The notes under the pieces: model-generated
Seen by the model: the letters and a program-made list of their open reading frames with translations, nothing else
Database searches by the model: none
What the model was told of the DNA's origin: nothing
Shown here: positions 7,020 to 17,390 of the stretch, piece by piece
Position numbering within the stretch: the stretch's first letter is position 1
Layout of the letters: every line of letters begins with the position of its first letter
Source: Oligoflexales bacterium
Lineage (GTDB): Bacteria > Bdellovibrionota_B > Oligoflexia > Oligoflexales > Bog-1112
NCBI GenBank assembly: GCA_045105515.1
Contig: JBGCDR010000038.1
Location: forward strand, 1-19,232
Length of the DNA: 19,232 nucleotides
Direction: 5' to 3'
Position numbers and translations under genes: made by a program

Positions 7020-9892
7020 TCAACACGAGCTTCTAAAATAGCTATAGTACCATATTGGTAAGTAAAAAAGTTCTGCCTATCAAGAAAAGCTGGGGCGTAT
7101 TCCCCCTCTCCCCCTGCATCGTATTCACTTCTTATGATACGCATCAATTTCGCATTTGTCAGAATGCTTTCAAAGCTATTGCGGCCAAAATTTCGAGATA
7201 GGCTTCTAGCATCAGTACCCAGCAGCTCCTGATCAGCAATGCCATCCCCTGTCCCATCTATCTGAACCGAAATCTCACAGTGATTCCAGCTTGTCAGTGG
7301 ACTATAGTGTTTGGCAGCAATTTGCAGCATAGGGACGACTTCGCCTTCTAATTCTTTTAAATAAATCCGATACCCTACCGACTCAAGATCACAAATATCA
7401 AAGACCCTATCCAATGGTCCAACCCCATTTTTACGATCATCCTCTGCCAAAAGATTAAAAATCAGTGCTTCTCCCGTTTGAGATCCGAGATTTTTCAATT
7501 TTAAAGTCTCCATAGCTCCTGGAGCATCATCCTGTGAGCTTGCGTAAACTTTGAGATCCTCAGCCTGTATACGGCTCAGTTTTTTAACCATTGCTAGTAC
7601 AGCAAGTTTGCCATAGGTGACCCCTTCTTGATCTACCAAAAAAAGGTGAGCAAATCGCTCAGCAAACGCTAGTTTTTTTGCTGCTGAATCAAGCTCAATC
7701 TTTATCTTAATTTTCTTGGTTTCCAAAGGTTTGAGAACAACAAGTTCCTGCTCCCAGCTAAGACGTATTCCTTCGCTAGTGTTTGCACTCAAACTAAGCT
7801 CTAAGTCACGATTGCCAATATTTTCAATTTCAAATTCTTTGAGAAGGGTCTTTTTAGTTTCCACACCATGCTCACCTAATGACAAGGTAGCAGGTTTAAA
7901 CACTAGGTCATTGGTCAAAGCTGCGTAGGCCTGAACTCTCCCCGCTCCCTGATAAGCAACAGAATATTCCCTAGCATCTGCAGAGCTAATGACCTTGGAA
8001 TTAGATAGCAATAAGGATTTAACCCGGTCCTCATTCAGTCCTGGTTTATATTGCTTAAGGAGGGCAACGACACCAGCAATATGAGGAGCTGCCATAGAGG
8101 TACCACTCATGGAAGCCGCCTTCGTGCCCCCTCCAACCCTAGCTGAAACGATATTTTGGCCGGGAGCAGCGATTTCAGGCTTTATTTTACTATCAAGTGA
8201 TCTTGGTCCCCTAGATGAAAAACTTGTGAGCGTATCAACAAGTGTTTCATCTTCTATAGACTCACTTATTTTAAAGTGAATTAGGACCTCTCTGCCAACT
8301 TCTATTTCTTGTTTAAACTTTGCTCCGAGCTCCTGTCGTATCATAATTCCTGGAATTGGAAAGGATCCGCTTCCCCCCATATTAATCGGAGTACCTGGTA
8401 TATTGTTAACAACAACCACACCCTTAGCACCAGCATCCATCGCCCGCGAAACTTTCTCTGAAAAGTTTACAAGTCCTCGATCAATTAATGCAACTCTGCC
8501 ATTTAGCTTAACTTTCAATTCATCCGATAGCTCTTCATCAGCATAGCCTACTGGAACTAAAGCTCCCATTAATGGAGTTTCTAAACTTTTAATAGGCTTA
8601 GTTATGGTTCCTTCAATGGCCTTGACCAGGATAGATTGCTCTGATACCAGCTGAAACTTCACAGCTCGAAATTTCCAATTATGATCCATATTATCTACTG
8701 ACGCTGCCACTGAAATAGCTCCGTCTGCTGCTCCAGGTGAACCAACTATAAAAGGAACATTGCCAGAATTTCCAGCCGACATTACGGGGGTAATACCAGC
8801 ATTTACTAAGTTTGAAATTGCTTCATCATAGAGAATATGGGGAATGCCAAAATTGCTGCCCAATGAGAGATTAACAACATCAAGGTGGTCATCAGGATTT
8901 CCGTCCTTGTTGGGGTCTACTGCATACTCAAGGGCTGCTATCACCACATGGTCGCTCGTAGAACCTTCCTTACCAAATACCTTAATTGCATAGAGCGATG
9001 CTTCAGGGGCAACTCCATCATAAGTTGACTCTCCATCTCCAAGGCCTGCAACGGTCCCTGCGACATGTGTTCCGTGCCCTGATTCATCAAGAGGATTAGG
9101 ATTAGGCTTAGGCACATGTTTTGAAAAATCAATAGAGCTTTCATCATAATCGCTTCCCACTAAATCAATGCCGCCTACCACTTTTTGATTGGGAAAAGCA
9201 CCAGTTGGCATTGAAGGGTCTATATTTTGGTATTCTAGAGGGTTTCCTGATCCTCCTAACATGGCATGAGTATAATCAATTCCTGTATCAACAATCCCAA
9301 CTTTGATTCCTGCTCCTTTTACAGGCATCCAATGTCCCTGTTGGGATTGAACTTTCAGACTTTTATGGATAAGATCTGAACCAATAAACTTTGCAGAAGT
9401 TCGATCGAAACCAAATTCTCCTGATTCAATATTGCTAGTGGAGACTATTTCTGGTCTGCTAAAAGCATGATTTTGGTGCAATGCCATAACTCCCTGAAGC
9501 TCTTTGATCTTCTCACTGAGAGAACTTGGGATTAGCAAAGAGAGAGCATTCAGCACATACTGATAAGAATGCAATACCTTAATCTCCGGAGATAGCTTCT
9601 CAAGCTTTCTTAATATTGACTTTTGCTCATCAGCTATGGTTTGCTGAAGATTCTTATCAATTTCTAAAATTTTGCCATCACTGATCGTTGGACTTTTTAA
9701 GAGCGCAGAAGCCTTAAGTTTAAGCATTACGATACTGTAAGGCAGCTTTTTCTGACTGCGATTAGTAATTGCTTCTAACTGGCTCAAAGACAGATTGGGG
9801 CTTTGTTCGCCACAAGAAGATGCGGATAAAACAGTTAGGCATAGACTCGTTAGGGTAGAAATTCTAAGCAGGGATTTCTTCCAATTTTTCAT
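6989..9892 (-). CDS. Secreted/lipoprotein S8 subtilase, Vpr-like (I9 propeptide, S8 catalytic domain with PA insert, C-terminal beta domains); frameshifted near its 3' end
   Basis: Triad motifs VGIVDTGIDY, GHGTHVAG and SGTSMAAPH, with oxyanion SAGNSG. PA domain GRVALIDRG...AGAKGVVVVNN. Signal peptide ending SASSC. RBS GAGG upstream of ATG 9892. Confidence 0.95.
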   Translation of the reverse strand: MKNWKKSLLRISTLTSLCLTVLSASSCGEQSPNLSLSQLEAITNRSQKKLPYSIVMLKLKASALLKSPTISDGKILEIDKNLQQTIADEQKSILRKLEKLSPEIKVLHSYQYVLNALSLLIPSSLSEKIKELQGVMALHQNHAFSRPEIVSTSNIESGEFGFDRTSAKFIGSDLIHKSLKVQSQQGHWMPVKGAGIKVGIVDTGIDYTHAMLGGSGNPLEYQNIDPSMPTGAFPNQKVVGGIDLVGSDYDESSIDFSKHVPKPNPNPLDESGHGTHVAGTVAGLGDGESTYDGVAPEASLYAIKVFGKEGSTSDHVVIAALEYAVDPNKDGNPDDHLDVVNLSLGSNFGIPHILYDEAISNLVNAGITPVMSAGNSGNVPFIVGSPGAADGAISVAASVDNMDHNWKFRAVKFQLVSEQSILVKAIEGTITKPIKSLETPLMGALVPVGYADEELSDELKVKLNGRVALIDRGLVNFSEKVSRAMDAGAKGVVVVNNIPGTPINMGGSGSFPIPGIMIRQELGAKFKQEIEVGREVLIHFKISESIEDETLVDTLTSFSSRGPRSLDSKIKPEIAAPGQNIVSARVGGGTKAASMSGTSMAAPHIAGVVALLKQYKPGLNEDRVKSLLLSNSKVISSADAREYSVAYQGAGRVQAYAALTNDLVFKPATLSLGEHGVETKKTLLKEFEIENIGNRDLELSLSANTSEGIRLSWEQELVVLKPLETKKIKIKIELDSAAKKLAFAERFAHLFLVDQEGVTYGKLAVLAMVKKLSRIQAEDLKVYASSQDDAPGAMETLKLKNLGSQTGEALIFNLLAEDDRKNGVGPLDRVFDICDLESVGYRIYLKELEGEVVPMLQIAAKHYSPLTSWNHCEISVQIDGTGDGIADQELLGTDARSLSRNFGRNSFESILTNAKLMRIIRSEYDAGGEGEYAPAFLDRQNFFTYQYGTIAILEARVDKYNPLSMGS

Positions 9893-10078
9893 ATATCATC
9901 CTCTCAAAAAGCATCGAATTTTTGTGCAGCCAAAGCAAGAAGCTAAAGTTAAATCACATTTATTCATTAAATTTGGCAATTTTCTAGTGTTACGAAAAGA
10001 TGGTTTTCTCGTAGCTTAACCTAATATTATTTAAAAGAGGAGTTGTTTTTTGATAAAAAACGAAACGCAAAAAATAGC

Positions 10079-10540
10079 TTAGGAGGAGAGGTCTTCTATA
10101 ATTTGGTCAACATGGCCTTTAACTTTAACCTTTTCATAAACATGAGATATCTTTCCCTTCTCATCAATTATGTAGGTAGTTCTTACGATCCCCATGAAGG
10201 TTTTGCCATAGAGTTTTTTCTCCTGCCACACGTCATATTTCTCACAAACCTTGCCTTCTTCATCGGAAAGGAGGGGAAAATTTAAATCATACTTATCCTT
10301 GAATTTTTCGTGGCGTGTCACTGGATCTTTACTAATACCAAGTACCAAGCACTTTTTTCTCTTTAGACGAGCCAAATTATCGCGAAAATCACAGGCTTCC
10401 GTGGTGCATCCAGGAGTCATATCTTTTGGATAAAAATATAAAATTATTTTCTTTCCCTTGCAATCCTTAAGAGCGAATTTGTTCCCCTCATCATCGAGCA
10501 AGGTAAATACCGGAGCCTTTAGTCCCACCTCTAAAGCCAT
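10079..10540 (-). CDS. bcp: Thioredoxin-dependent thiol peroxidase (Bcp/PrxQ peroxiredoxin)
   Basis: LYFYPKDMTPGCTTEACDFRD (PxxxTxxC plus resolving Cys), 'LNFPLLSD', 'YGKTFMGIVRTTYIID'. RBS AAGGAG upstream. Confidence 0.95.
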   Translation of the reverse strand: MALEVGLKAPVFTLLDDEGNKFALKDCKGKKIILYFYPKDMTPGCTTEACDFRDNLARLKRKKCLVLGISKDPVTRHEKFKDKYDLNFPLLSDEEGKVCEKYDVWQEKKLYGKTFMGIVRTTYIIDEKGKISHVYEKVKVKGHVDQIIEDLSS

Positions 10541-10736
10541 GTCGTTTCTCCTTAATTGGCGCTGTTAAAATTGTAGTGCATATATAAGCTTAAAGACCTG
10601 CTATCGGATAATATGCATTATTTCTTATTTAGCATACCTCTTTTGGCATTTCTGCAGCATCTCACTTTTCCAGCTCTCTTTCAAGTAAGAGCATAGTGGA
10701 CGAATTAATTTTCAGAAAAAAAATTGGTTTAGTTGG

Positions 10737-12440
10737 CTAATCAGGCAGGTAACTTTTTCCATCGTCAATCAACTCGCACAAGTCAAGTTCTCTATCAACT
10801 GGCTCCAGTTCTAGGATATAGGCAACATTTCCATTTTCTTGTGTCTCTAACTTTCTTTTGATTATAAGTTCATATCCTACATTACCAGTATTATAGATCA
10901 TTTTAGTATTAACCCCTACAGAGCGATAGCATATTACTTTTAAGAACTGAGATTCCACTTTCAAACAACTAAAAGGAATAGAGTTCCGTTCGATAAAGGT
11001 GACAAGGGAATGAACATCTTTTTTTGGCTCAACAAAAGCTCCATCGTCCTTTTTAGAGTCCAATTCCATCGGAGAATATAAAGAAAAAACATCTTCATTT
11101 ATAGATTCAGTTTCAAAGTCGGCATCAAGATCATCATCAAATCCGAGAGAATCAATTGCAGCCCTAGGATCAAGGCTTTGTGGATCTTGAAGGTTCCCTT
11201 CAAATGATGAAAATATAGCATCTTCAAATTCTTCTTCACGAGATTTTTTAACCTTTGATTCCTTATTTTCCTTGGGTAATTGCACCTCATATTTTGATAA
11301 CTTTTGGATATAGGTTTCTGGTTTATCATAATCAGGATCAAATTTATTTGATTTTTTAAACCAAGCTAGGGCCTCCACAAAATTTTTCCAGCGCATATGC
11401 CCTAGGCCAAGATTAAAAGCTAGCTTTGCCTTTACTTTATCATCGTAGACATGTTTCAATGCCGACTGATAATGATCAAGTCCGTTCTTAAATTCCTGAC
11501 TACGAACTAGGCTGATTCCAATTGCATTCAATAAGCTTGCAAAAGAACTAGGAATAGACCGTGCTTCAGCAATCCAATCGGTGACATTTTCTACTAGTGC
11601 TAGACCTGTAACTGCCTTAGTATCTTCATAGTCAATTCCCTTGGCTTTGTTAAAATAACTATTTGCCAATGGAATATCCAATTCATGGAGGGCAACATTT
11701 CCCAAGTCACAAAGCCGATCTAGATTGTTAGGTGAAAACTCTTTAGCTTTGAGCAAGCATTCCTTGGCTTTTGGAATATTCCCTATTTCCAGATAAATCT
11801 TTCCTAAATGATTATAAGCAGATGCTGATTTTTCATTTACCTTGATTGCTTCCTGAAAAATAGTTATGGCCATTCCATTCTGCCCTATTTCTTTTAGCAT
11901 AACTCCAAGATTAAGGAGCATAGGCAAGGGGTTTGGAGACTGTTCACGGATCGCCCTAACATGGTCAGAAATATTTGGATGTTCTTTATCCATTTCCTCT
12001 AGAATTGCTTGCGCTTTAATTGCTTGGGCATTCTGCCAAGTTTTTTCCTGCATGATCAGATTAAACTCATTTAGAAAAATCGATTTCTGAAGAGGCTTTT
12101 CAACTTTACGTGTATTAGGAAACTCATCTAATATTGTGAAATCTTTTTTATCAAGAAATCCTGACACAATCATGACGGGTATTGATTTATAATATTTATC
12201 ACAGCGAATGCGATTATATAAGCCTAAGCCTCCTAGCTTCCCACCCAGTCGCCAATCTAAAACAATGACATCATATTTGACCCGGTGCAATTCTTGCCAC
12301 GCGGATTCACCAGTCATAAGACCATGGGCTGACTTTACTCGTTCCTCTTGAAACCAAGTGGTGATCAGTCGATTTACTGACTCATCATCCTCAATAACAA
12401 GTACTTTGGTTTTAGCTATTGAGTATGTATATTTATCCAT
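10737..12440 (-). CDS. Response-regulator receiver plus TPR repeat protein with acidic linker and small C-terminal domain
   Basis: REC motifs intact (VIEDD, VLDWRL phospho-Asp, IVSG, EKP). TPR repeats (AYNHLGKIYLEIG, LLNAIGISL, LAFNLGLGH). ATG 12440 preferred over TTG 12455, but the start is uncertain. Confidence 0.85.
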   Translation of the reverse strand: MDKYTYSIAKTKVLVIEDDESVNRLITTWFQEERVKSAHGLMTGESAWQELHRVKYDVIVLDWRLGGKLGGLGLYNRIRCDKYYKSIPVMIVSGFLDKKDFTILDEFPNTRKVEKPLQKSIFLNEFNLIMQEKTWQNAQAIKAQAILEEMDKEHPNISDHVRAIREQSPNPLPMLLNLGVMLKEIGQNGMAITIFQEAIKVNEKSASAYNHLGKIYLEIGNIPKAKECLLKAKEFSPNNLDRLCDLGNVALHELDIPLANSYFNKAKGIDYEDTKAVTGLALVENVTDWIAEARSIPSSFASLLNAIGISLVRSQEFKNGLDHYQSALKHVYDDKVKAKLAFNLGLGHMRWKNFVEALAWFKKSNKFDPDYDKPETYIQKLSKYEVQLPKENKESKVKKSREEEFEDAIFSSFEGNLQDPQSLDPRAAIDSLGFDDDLDADFETESINEDVFSLYSPMELDSKKDDGAFVEPKKDVHSLVTFIERNSIPFSCLKVESQFLKVICYRSVGVNTKMIYNTGNVGYELIIKRKLETQENGNVAYILELEPVDRELDLCELIDDGKSYLPD

Positions 12441-12484
12441 TATTTCTGCATTCAAAAATCATTTTTCGACCTTCCAAGATCTAT

Positions 12485-13531
12485 CTATATAGAAAACTTT
12501 TGATTTATTTCACAGGTACCCAAGTCAAGATCAAATACCCCTTCTAAAAAACACCCTGCTAAAAAATCCACATACTGGCCATAATTCTCTTTTGGCTCCA
12601 CCGAATTTGTGCCATCACTGTTCAACTCACAAGGCCTGTTAAGAGAACAGGCTTTAGCTCCTCCTGGGCTATCATTAACAGCAGTATTAACAACACCAAT
12701 AATCGTTCCTTCTTGGCGATTAAAGATGGGTGAGCCTGAATTCCCTCCTACGATGCTACATCTGTGTCTGATACTTTGGCTAAAACTGTAGTCTCCTTCA
12801 TTCAATGCTACTTCGTCACCAATATAACAATCAGAAAAGCGCAGACCGAGAACTTCTACATCACTAAGTGGAACGCCAACATTTCTTGCCTGGGTACAAG
12901 GACTTGGTTTAGTAGAACTAAGGCTAAATGGCGTGATTCCTTGATTTTTGAGCTCACTCAACGTTGTATCAAGTTCCACCACCGCAACATCAGTACCATC
13001 CATTGAAGCAAATTTTATAGTTTTATTGTCCACGACTATATAATCTTGCGTGCCATTTTCAACATAGTATTTGAAATACATTTTTTTTAAACTATTTGCC
13101 TCTTGATCTATAGTCACACCACTTGCAGATAATAAACCAACTCCAACACAGTGCCCGTTGGTAAGAACATAGGCGGGAGAATTGCTACCGCCATTCGTTT
13201 CGATTAGTGTGGCTGTGCAGTTTCCGTAGCGACCAACCCCAGAATAAGATGAATGCGATTCTGATGTTAGCACCGTCCAAGCAACTGCATCTGAGTTGAC
13301 TTCTGAATCTGGGATTTTATTCCCTTCTTCATCATAAAGAGCTGACAAACCAAGTTTACCTTCAGCTAGGGCGATATTCTCACAAGTATCATGCCAATCA
13401 GGAGATGGATCGGCCGTTGGCATAGTAGTATTGCCTGAATCATCAGATTCACAACTAAGGATCATAAAACAAGCGTATAAAAAAATTCCTATACTATGGA
13501 TAATTTTTTTCTGTCTTTTTAACATAAGCAC
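12485..13531 (-). CDS. Trypsin-like (S1/PA clan) serine protease lipoprotein
   Basis: Catalytic motifs LTNGHC, TDVAVVEL and GGNSGSP. Lipobox ILSC after a basic/hydrophobic signal. Cys-rich tail CSLNRPCE. Confidence 0.9.
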   Translation of the reverse strand: MLMLKRQKKIIHSIGIFLYACFMILSCESDDSGNTTMPTADPSPDWHDTCENIALAEGKLGLSALYDEEGNKIPDSEVNSDAVAWTVLTSESHSSYSGVGRYGNCTATLIETNGGSNSPAYVLTNGHCVGVGLLSASGVTIDQEANSLKKMYFKYYVENGTQDYIVVDNKTIKFASMDGTDVAVVELDTTLSELKNQGITPFSLSSTKPSPCTQARNVGVPLSDVEVLGLRFSDCYIGDEVALNEGDYSFSQSIRHRCSIVGGNSGSPIFNRQEGTIIGVVNTAVNDSPGGAKACSLNRPCELNSDGTNSVEPKENYGQYVDFLAGCFLEGVFDLDLGTCEINQKFSI

Positions 13532-13545
13532 ATTAAACCTTTAAA

Positions 13546-16284
13546 TCAGTACAACGGACCATTGTTTTTCATAGTTAACAAAATTGCTTGATTCTCCAAG
13601 ACCCAGTTTCTTAACCTAATTTGCATTTCAGGATTTTCGTTGTTTGACCAATCTTTATATGAATGCTGTAAAATATTTTCTTTATGTATACTTAATGCCT
13701 GAGAAAAACTAAAAGCTTGATCATTAATGATTTCAAAAACTGCTTTATTTATATCTTCATTTTTCTTTACACCCCAAAGACGATTGTCTTTTACCTGATG
13801 ATTTACCAGGCCAAAAGCTGCTGCAAACCTAACATCTGTCGGAAAATGATAGTTTGGCACACTTATAGATTTTTCGGAATTAGTGGAAGCAAGCTTTACC
13901 TTACCATCAAATAAATCCGGCAATGTTTTGGTAAGGATATATTTCATTTTTTCACCAATAATTCCAGGAAGATCTTCATTCACAGCTTTGATGCCAACAA
14001 AAGTCTGTGGATAAATTGAAAGCCCAAGATCCCATATAGCAATTGCATATGGTAGTCTATCATAAAGCTCTTTTACCTTATTGAAGATTAATGAAACTTC
14101 TCCATCGGAAAATTCTTGCAATTTTCCATCTAAATTATTTTTTTTGTAAAATGAGTTAAATATCCTTACAAAGGAATCATAACCATTTGATATTTTGGAG
14201 TTATCAAACTTATTAATATACTCTTTTAACTTATCGCCCGAGAAACTATCCTCCAAATATGCCTTCTCGGCTTCTTTTACTTTTTCGATGTTAGTATCAC
14301 TAATGCTCGGATACTTTGATCTAACTACTAGATACTGAGCATCTTCGCTAATTGCTCTAATTAGCTTATATCGATACCAAATGATCATATTCGCAAACTG
14401 TTCAGCTGATAATACTATTTGACTGAGGGGAGTAGGCTCGAAACCATCAGGAGGGAATTTTGCTGCTCTGAATAGTTCCGCTATTAAAATAGGGAGATCA
14501 TCTAGGAGTTGATTCTCTTCCCATTTAAACCGACTAAAAATTGATGCTCCAGCATCAAAAACATCGCAGTCAACATAAACACCCCTTTGGGTATCAGTGC
14601 AAAACAAGATACTATCAGCGACTAAAGCTTTTTTATTGTATAAAACATCTATAGCTTTCTTATCATAACTTAAAGCTTGTCCTCCTTTCCTTATGTAAGA
14701 ACCCAAAGCTGAAGAATTTTTAAAAGTCAGGTAGTCCATAACTGTGGTTGTTAATATTTTCGTAAAACCCTTGTCAGTATCCACATATTGTTCATACTCC
14801 TTAGCAAACTCCTCAGGACTATAGGTTGAACCAAGACTACCAGCAAAGTTGTGGCGCAGCCCCAAATTATGGCCTATTTCGTGAGCTACGACTGCTGTAA
14901 TCATATCCTGAGAAATTCTTAATATTTGTTGATCGTTCATCTTGCTATGCTCATTTGTAGCAAGGAAATGAGAAAATTGACGAGCATCATAATGCATCGC
15001 ACAATATTTTATATGCGAAAAACCTCTAATCGCCATGCTTTGTTTGCCAGCATAACCACTATTTTTTAGGCTCTTTCCAAATAAATTACTAAGATCTTTA
15101 CCTAAGCCAGCCTGTATTTTTTCAAGCTGTTCCGGGGTTCTAAACTTACTATAATCAAAGCCCGCAAGTGAATTGAGCTTAAAAGCTGACGGATTACTTT
15201 CTTCTAGGTTGGTCAAAAAAACTCTTGCCTGAACCTTTGCATCAAAAGCAAAGGCACTGGTCAAAAAGACCTTCGCATTTAGAATTTCACCATTCCTTGG
15301 ATCAATACTCATATCAGCATATGCATAAGATGCATTTTTCCAATCTACCCACTGAATAAGGTGTGTAACACGGCCATTTTTATCAGCTGGCGCAACTTTA
15401 AGCACTTCTTTTCCTAAAACTCTATTCCAGTAGAAGACACCATGTTTAATAGCTTCGACATATTCGCTAGGAGTATTCTCAGAAAGTGAGTAAACAATTG
15501 GTTTAGAATCTTCGATATGAAACTTAGTAGAATAGAGGATAGTATCACCTCCCCCCTCTCTTAATTGAGGAGATATTTCAAAGAATCCAACATGATTTTT
15601 CGCAAGAGATCTGACCGCAGCAAAATTAGGATTTGGTCGATATAGGTTAAAGCTATAATTTACTGAAATCGGATATAAACCGAGAAGACCAGTCTGACTA
15701 CGAAATTTAAGCTGAGCTTTTTGAGTTATATCATAGCTTTCAAAGTCATTGTGAGTTTCAACCGCACTTACCCAAGATTGATTGAACTCCAAAGCAGACC
15801 ATTTTTCTTCTGCATCAAATTCTTTCCCATAAATATCTTCAGCAAATAAATCTCCCATCAAAAATAACTGCGACATACCTTGATTAAAATCAAAACTAAT
15901 TATGTCATTCTTGTCCTGGGTAATAGAAAATTTCGCAAGTAAGATTCCCTGTTGCTTGTGGGTAGCTATTGAGTTCCCTTGTGCCGACTCAAGCATCAAA
16001 ATGTTATTTCCATCCCGTTTGAAAGTCACAATCCTAGACTTGACGCTAGTGAACTCTGGAGCGGGTGATTGGTAGGTCATGTTTGCTTGAAAAATATACT
16101 CTTTATCTAATTTTTGTGAGGGGATGGATACATTTTTGTTGTCTCGTTTAGCATCATGTTCCCCTCCCTCTATCACATCTTCAGTGAGTTGATCTTTCGA
16201 ATCAGAATTGCTTGAATTATGACTTTTTTTCTTACAATGACACAACATGAGCAAGAAAATGGATAAACACAAGCATTTATGCAT
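13546..16284 (-). CDS. Zinc-dependent metalloprotease lipoprotein (Met-zincin, DUF4953/EcxA-like)
   Basis: HEIGHNLGLRHNFAGS (HExxHxxGxxH), Met-turn TTVMDY, and 'DPRNGEILNA'. Start likely ATG 16284 (MHKCLCLSIFLLMLCHC signal/lipobox); the ORF track starts at 16341. Confidence 0.9.
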   Translation of the reverse strand: MHKCLCLSIFLLMLCHCKKKSHNSSNSDSKDQLTEDVIEGGEHDAKRDNKNVSIPSQKLDKEYIFQANMTYQSPAPEFTSVKSRIVTFKRDGNNILMLESAQGNSIATHKQQGILLAKFSITQDKNDIISFDFNQGMSQLFLMGDLFAEDIYGKEFDAEEKWSALEFNQSWVSAVETHNDFESYDITQKAQLKFRSQTGLLGLYPISVNYSFNLYRPNPNFAAVRSLAKNHVGFFEISPQLREGGGDTILYSTKFHIEDSKPIVYSLSENTPSEYVEAIKHGVFYWNRVLGKEVLKVAPADKNGRVTHLIQWVDWKNASYAYADMSIDPRNGEILNAKVFLTSAFAFDAKVQARVFLTNLEESNPSAFKLNSLAGFDYSKFRTPEQLEKIQAGLGKDLSNLFGKSLKNSGYAGKQSMAIRGFSHIKYCAMHYDARQFSHFLATNEHSKMNDQQILRISQDMITAVVAHEIGHNLGLRHNFAGSLGSTYSPEEFAKEYEQYVDTDKGFTKILTTTVMDYLTFKNSSALGSYIRKGGQALSYDKKAIDVLYNKKALVADSILFCTDTQRGVYVDCDVFDAGASIFSRFKWEENQLLDDLPILIAELFRAAKFPPDGFEPTPLSQIVLSAEQFANMIIWYRYKLIRAISEDAQYLVVRSKYPSISDTNIEKVKEAEKAYLEDSFSGDKLKEYINKFDNSKISNGYDSFVRIFNSFYKKNNLDGKLQEFSDGEVSLIFNKVKELYDRLPYAIAIWDLGLSIYPQTFVGIKAVNEDLPGIIGEKMKYILTKTLPDLFDGKVKLASTNSEKSISVPNYHFPTDVRFAAAFGLVNHQVKDNRLWGVKKNEDINKAVFEIINDQAFSFSQALSIHKENILQHSYKDWSNNENPEMQIRLRNWVLENQAILLTMKNNGPLY

Positions 16285-16442
16285 AAGTATCTGACCCTTT
16301 ACTAGTATCATGGCAGTTTCTATTTTATCAAGAAAAAGCAAATGCTGCTAAAAAGGATGGTTCCAACAATTTTTTCCTTACGTTTTAAAGACCTTGTGCT
16401 ATATTTTTTCGAAACATTGCCTTATTGAGCACGAGGAAAACT

Positions 16443-17267
16443 ATGGTAGAAGAAAATGAGGGTTTAAAAGCAGCAACCATTTCTGTTCTTGATAAAATTC
16501 AAGGAGCAAAAGGTCTGCCTGAAAGTTCCATTTGCCAACTTGCCAATCGCATGCTCAAAAATGACAAGCTTGGCGACATAGACTGGCTGACAAATGCTCT
16601 GATCGAAGAGCGTAAACGCATCGAAACCTTGAAAGTTAAAGCAAAAAAACATGGCTATGAACCATTCATAAATATTGGGCCAAAAGCTTACAATTACATT
16701 AAGGAACAGTATGCTCCATGGGTCTTACCATTTATGGTAAGACGGATAAAATCCCCAGAAGATATTCAACAAGACTGGGCAATTAGGTTTGCTGATACCA
16801 TTGATGCCTTAGGAAAATCTGCCTGCGAACAAACTGAAAACATACTTGAATTTGCGATAAGTTCGCACTATTGGGAAGAATCCAAAAGAGCAAGGGACGA
16901 TTTTCAGCTTACCCAACAAAAAAAAGCAAAAAGCACCAAGTCTGGAAAAGACATCCTTCCTATTTTGAAAGAGTTCAGTTGTGCACCCTGTCCCGCAAAG
17001 TTAGAGCTTACATTTAAGCTAAGTCAAATTCCAAAATCTACCCTTATTGGTACGCACCAGGTATTTTGCCTAGATGTAGACTCTCATATAGTAACCGTTG
17101 CGGTAAAACCTAAAGTGTTCAAACGCATGGAGGATGCTAAGGAACAGTGGAACAGCTGGATTGCCGTCATTACGGGAATGATGGGAGAAAACACCGCCCG
17201 CGGATTTATTTTGGAGCGAGTGGGAGTGTCATGTTTCGAAAAAAATGCCAAACCGAACAAAACATAG
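16443..17267 (+). CDS. Hypothetical protein; C-terminal ~90 aa resembles the family annotated 'fertility inhibition FinO-like protein'
   Basis: RBS GAGG before ATG 16443. KLELTFKL...VTVAVKPKVFKRME...WIAVITGMMGE.TARGFILE....FEK matches, from recall, the pattern of that family. The N-terminal ~180 aa are helical and unrecognised. Confidence 0.65.
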   Translation: MVEENEGLKAATISVLDKIQGAKGLPESSICQLANRMLKNDKLGDIDWLTNALIEERKRIETLKVKAKKHGYEPFINIGPKAYNYIKEQYAPWVLPFMVRRIKSPEDIQQDWAIRFADTIDALGKSACEQTENILEFAISSHYWEESKRARDDFQLTQQKKAKSTKSGKDILPILKEFSCAPCPAKLELTFKLSQIPKSTLIGTHQVFCLDVDSHIVTVAVKPKVFKRMEDAKEQWNSWIAVITGMMGENTARGFILERVGVSCFEKNAKPNKT

Positions 17268-17390
17268 TATCAATCTATAATAAAAGAAATTTTAGGCATT
17301 TTTGTATTTTTATCTAAATTTAATAAGAAAACTACCGAGACCAATTTTAGCAGCAGCAAGAACGGATATAAGTTAATGGATAGATGAAAA

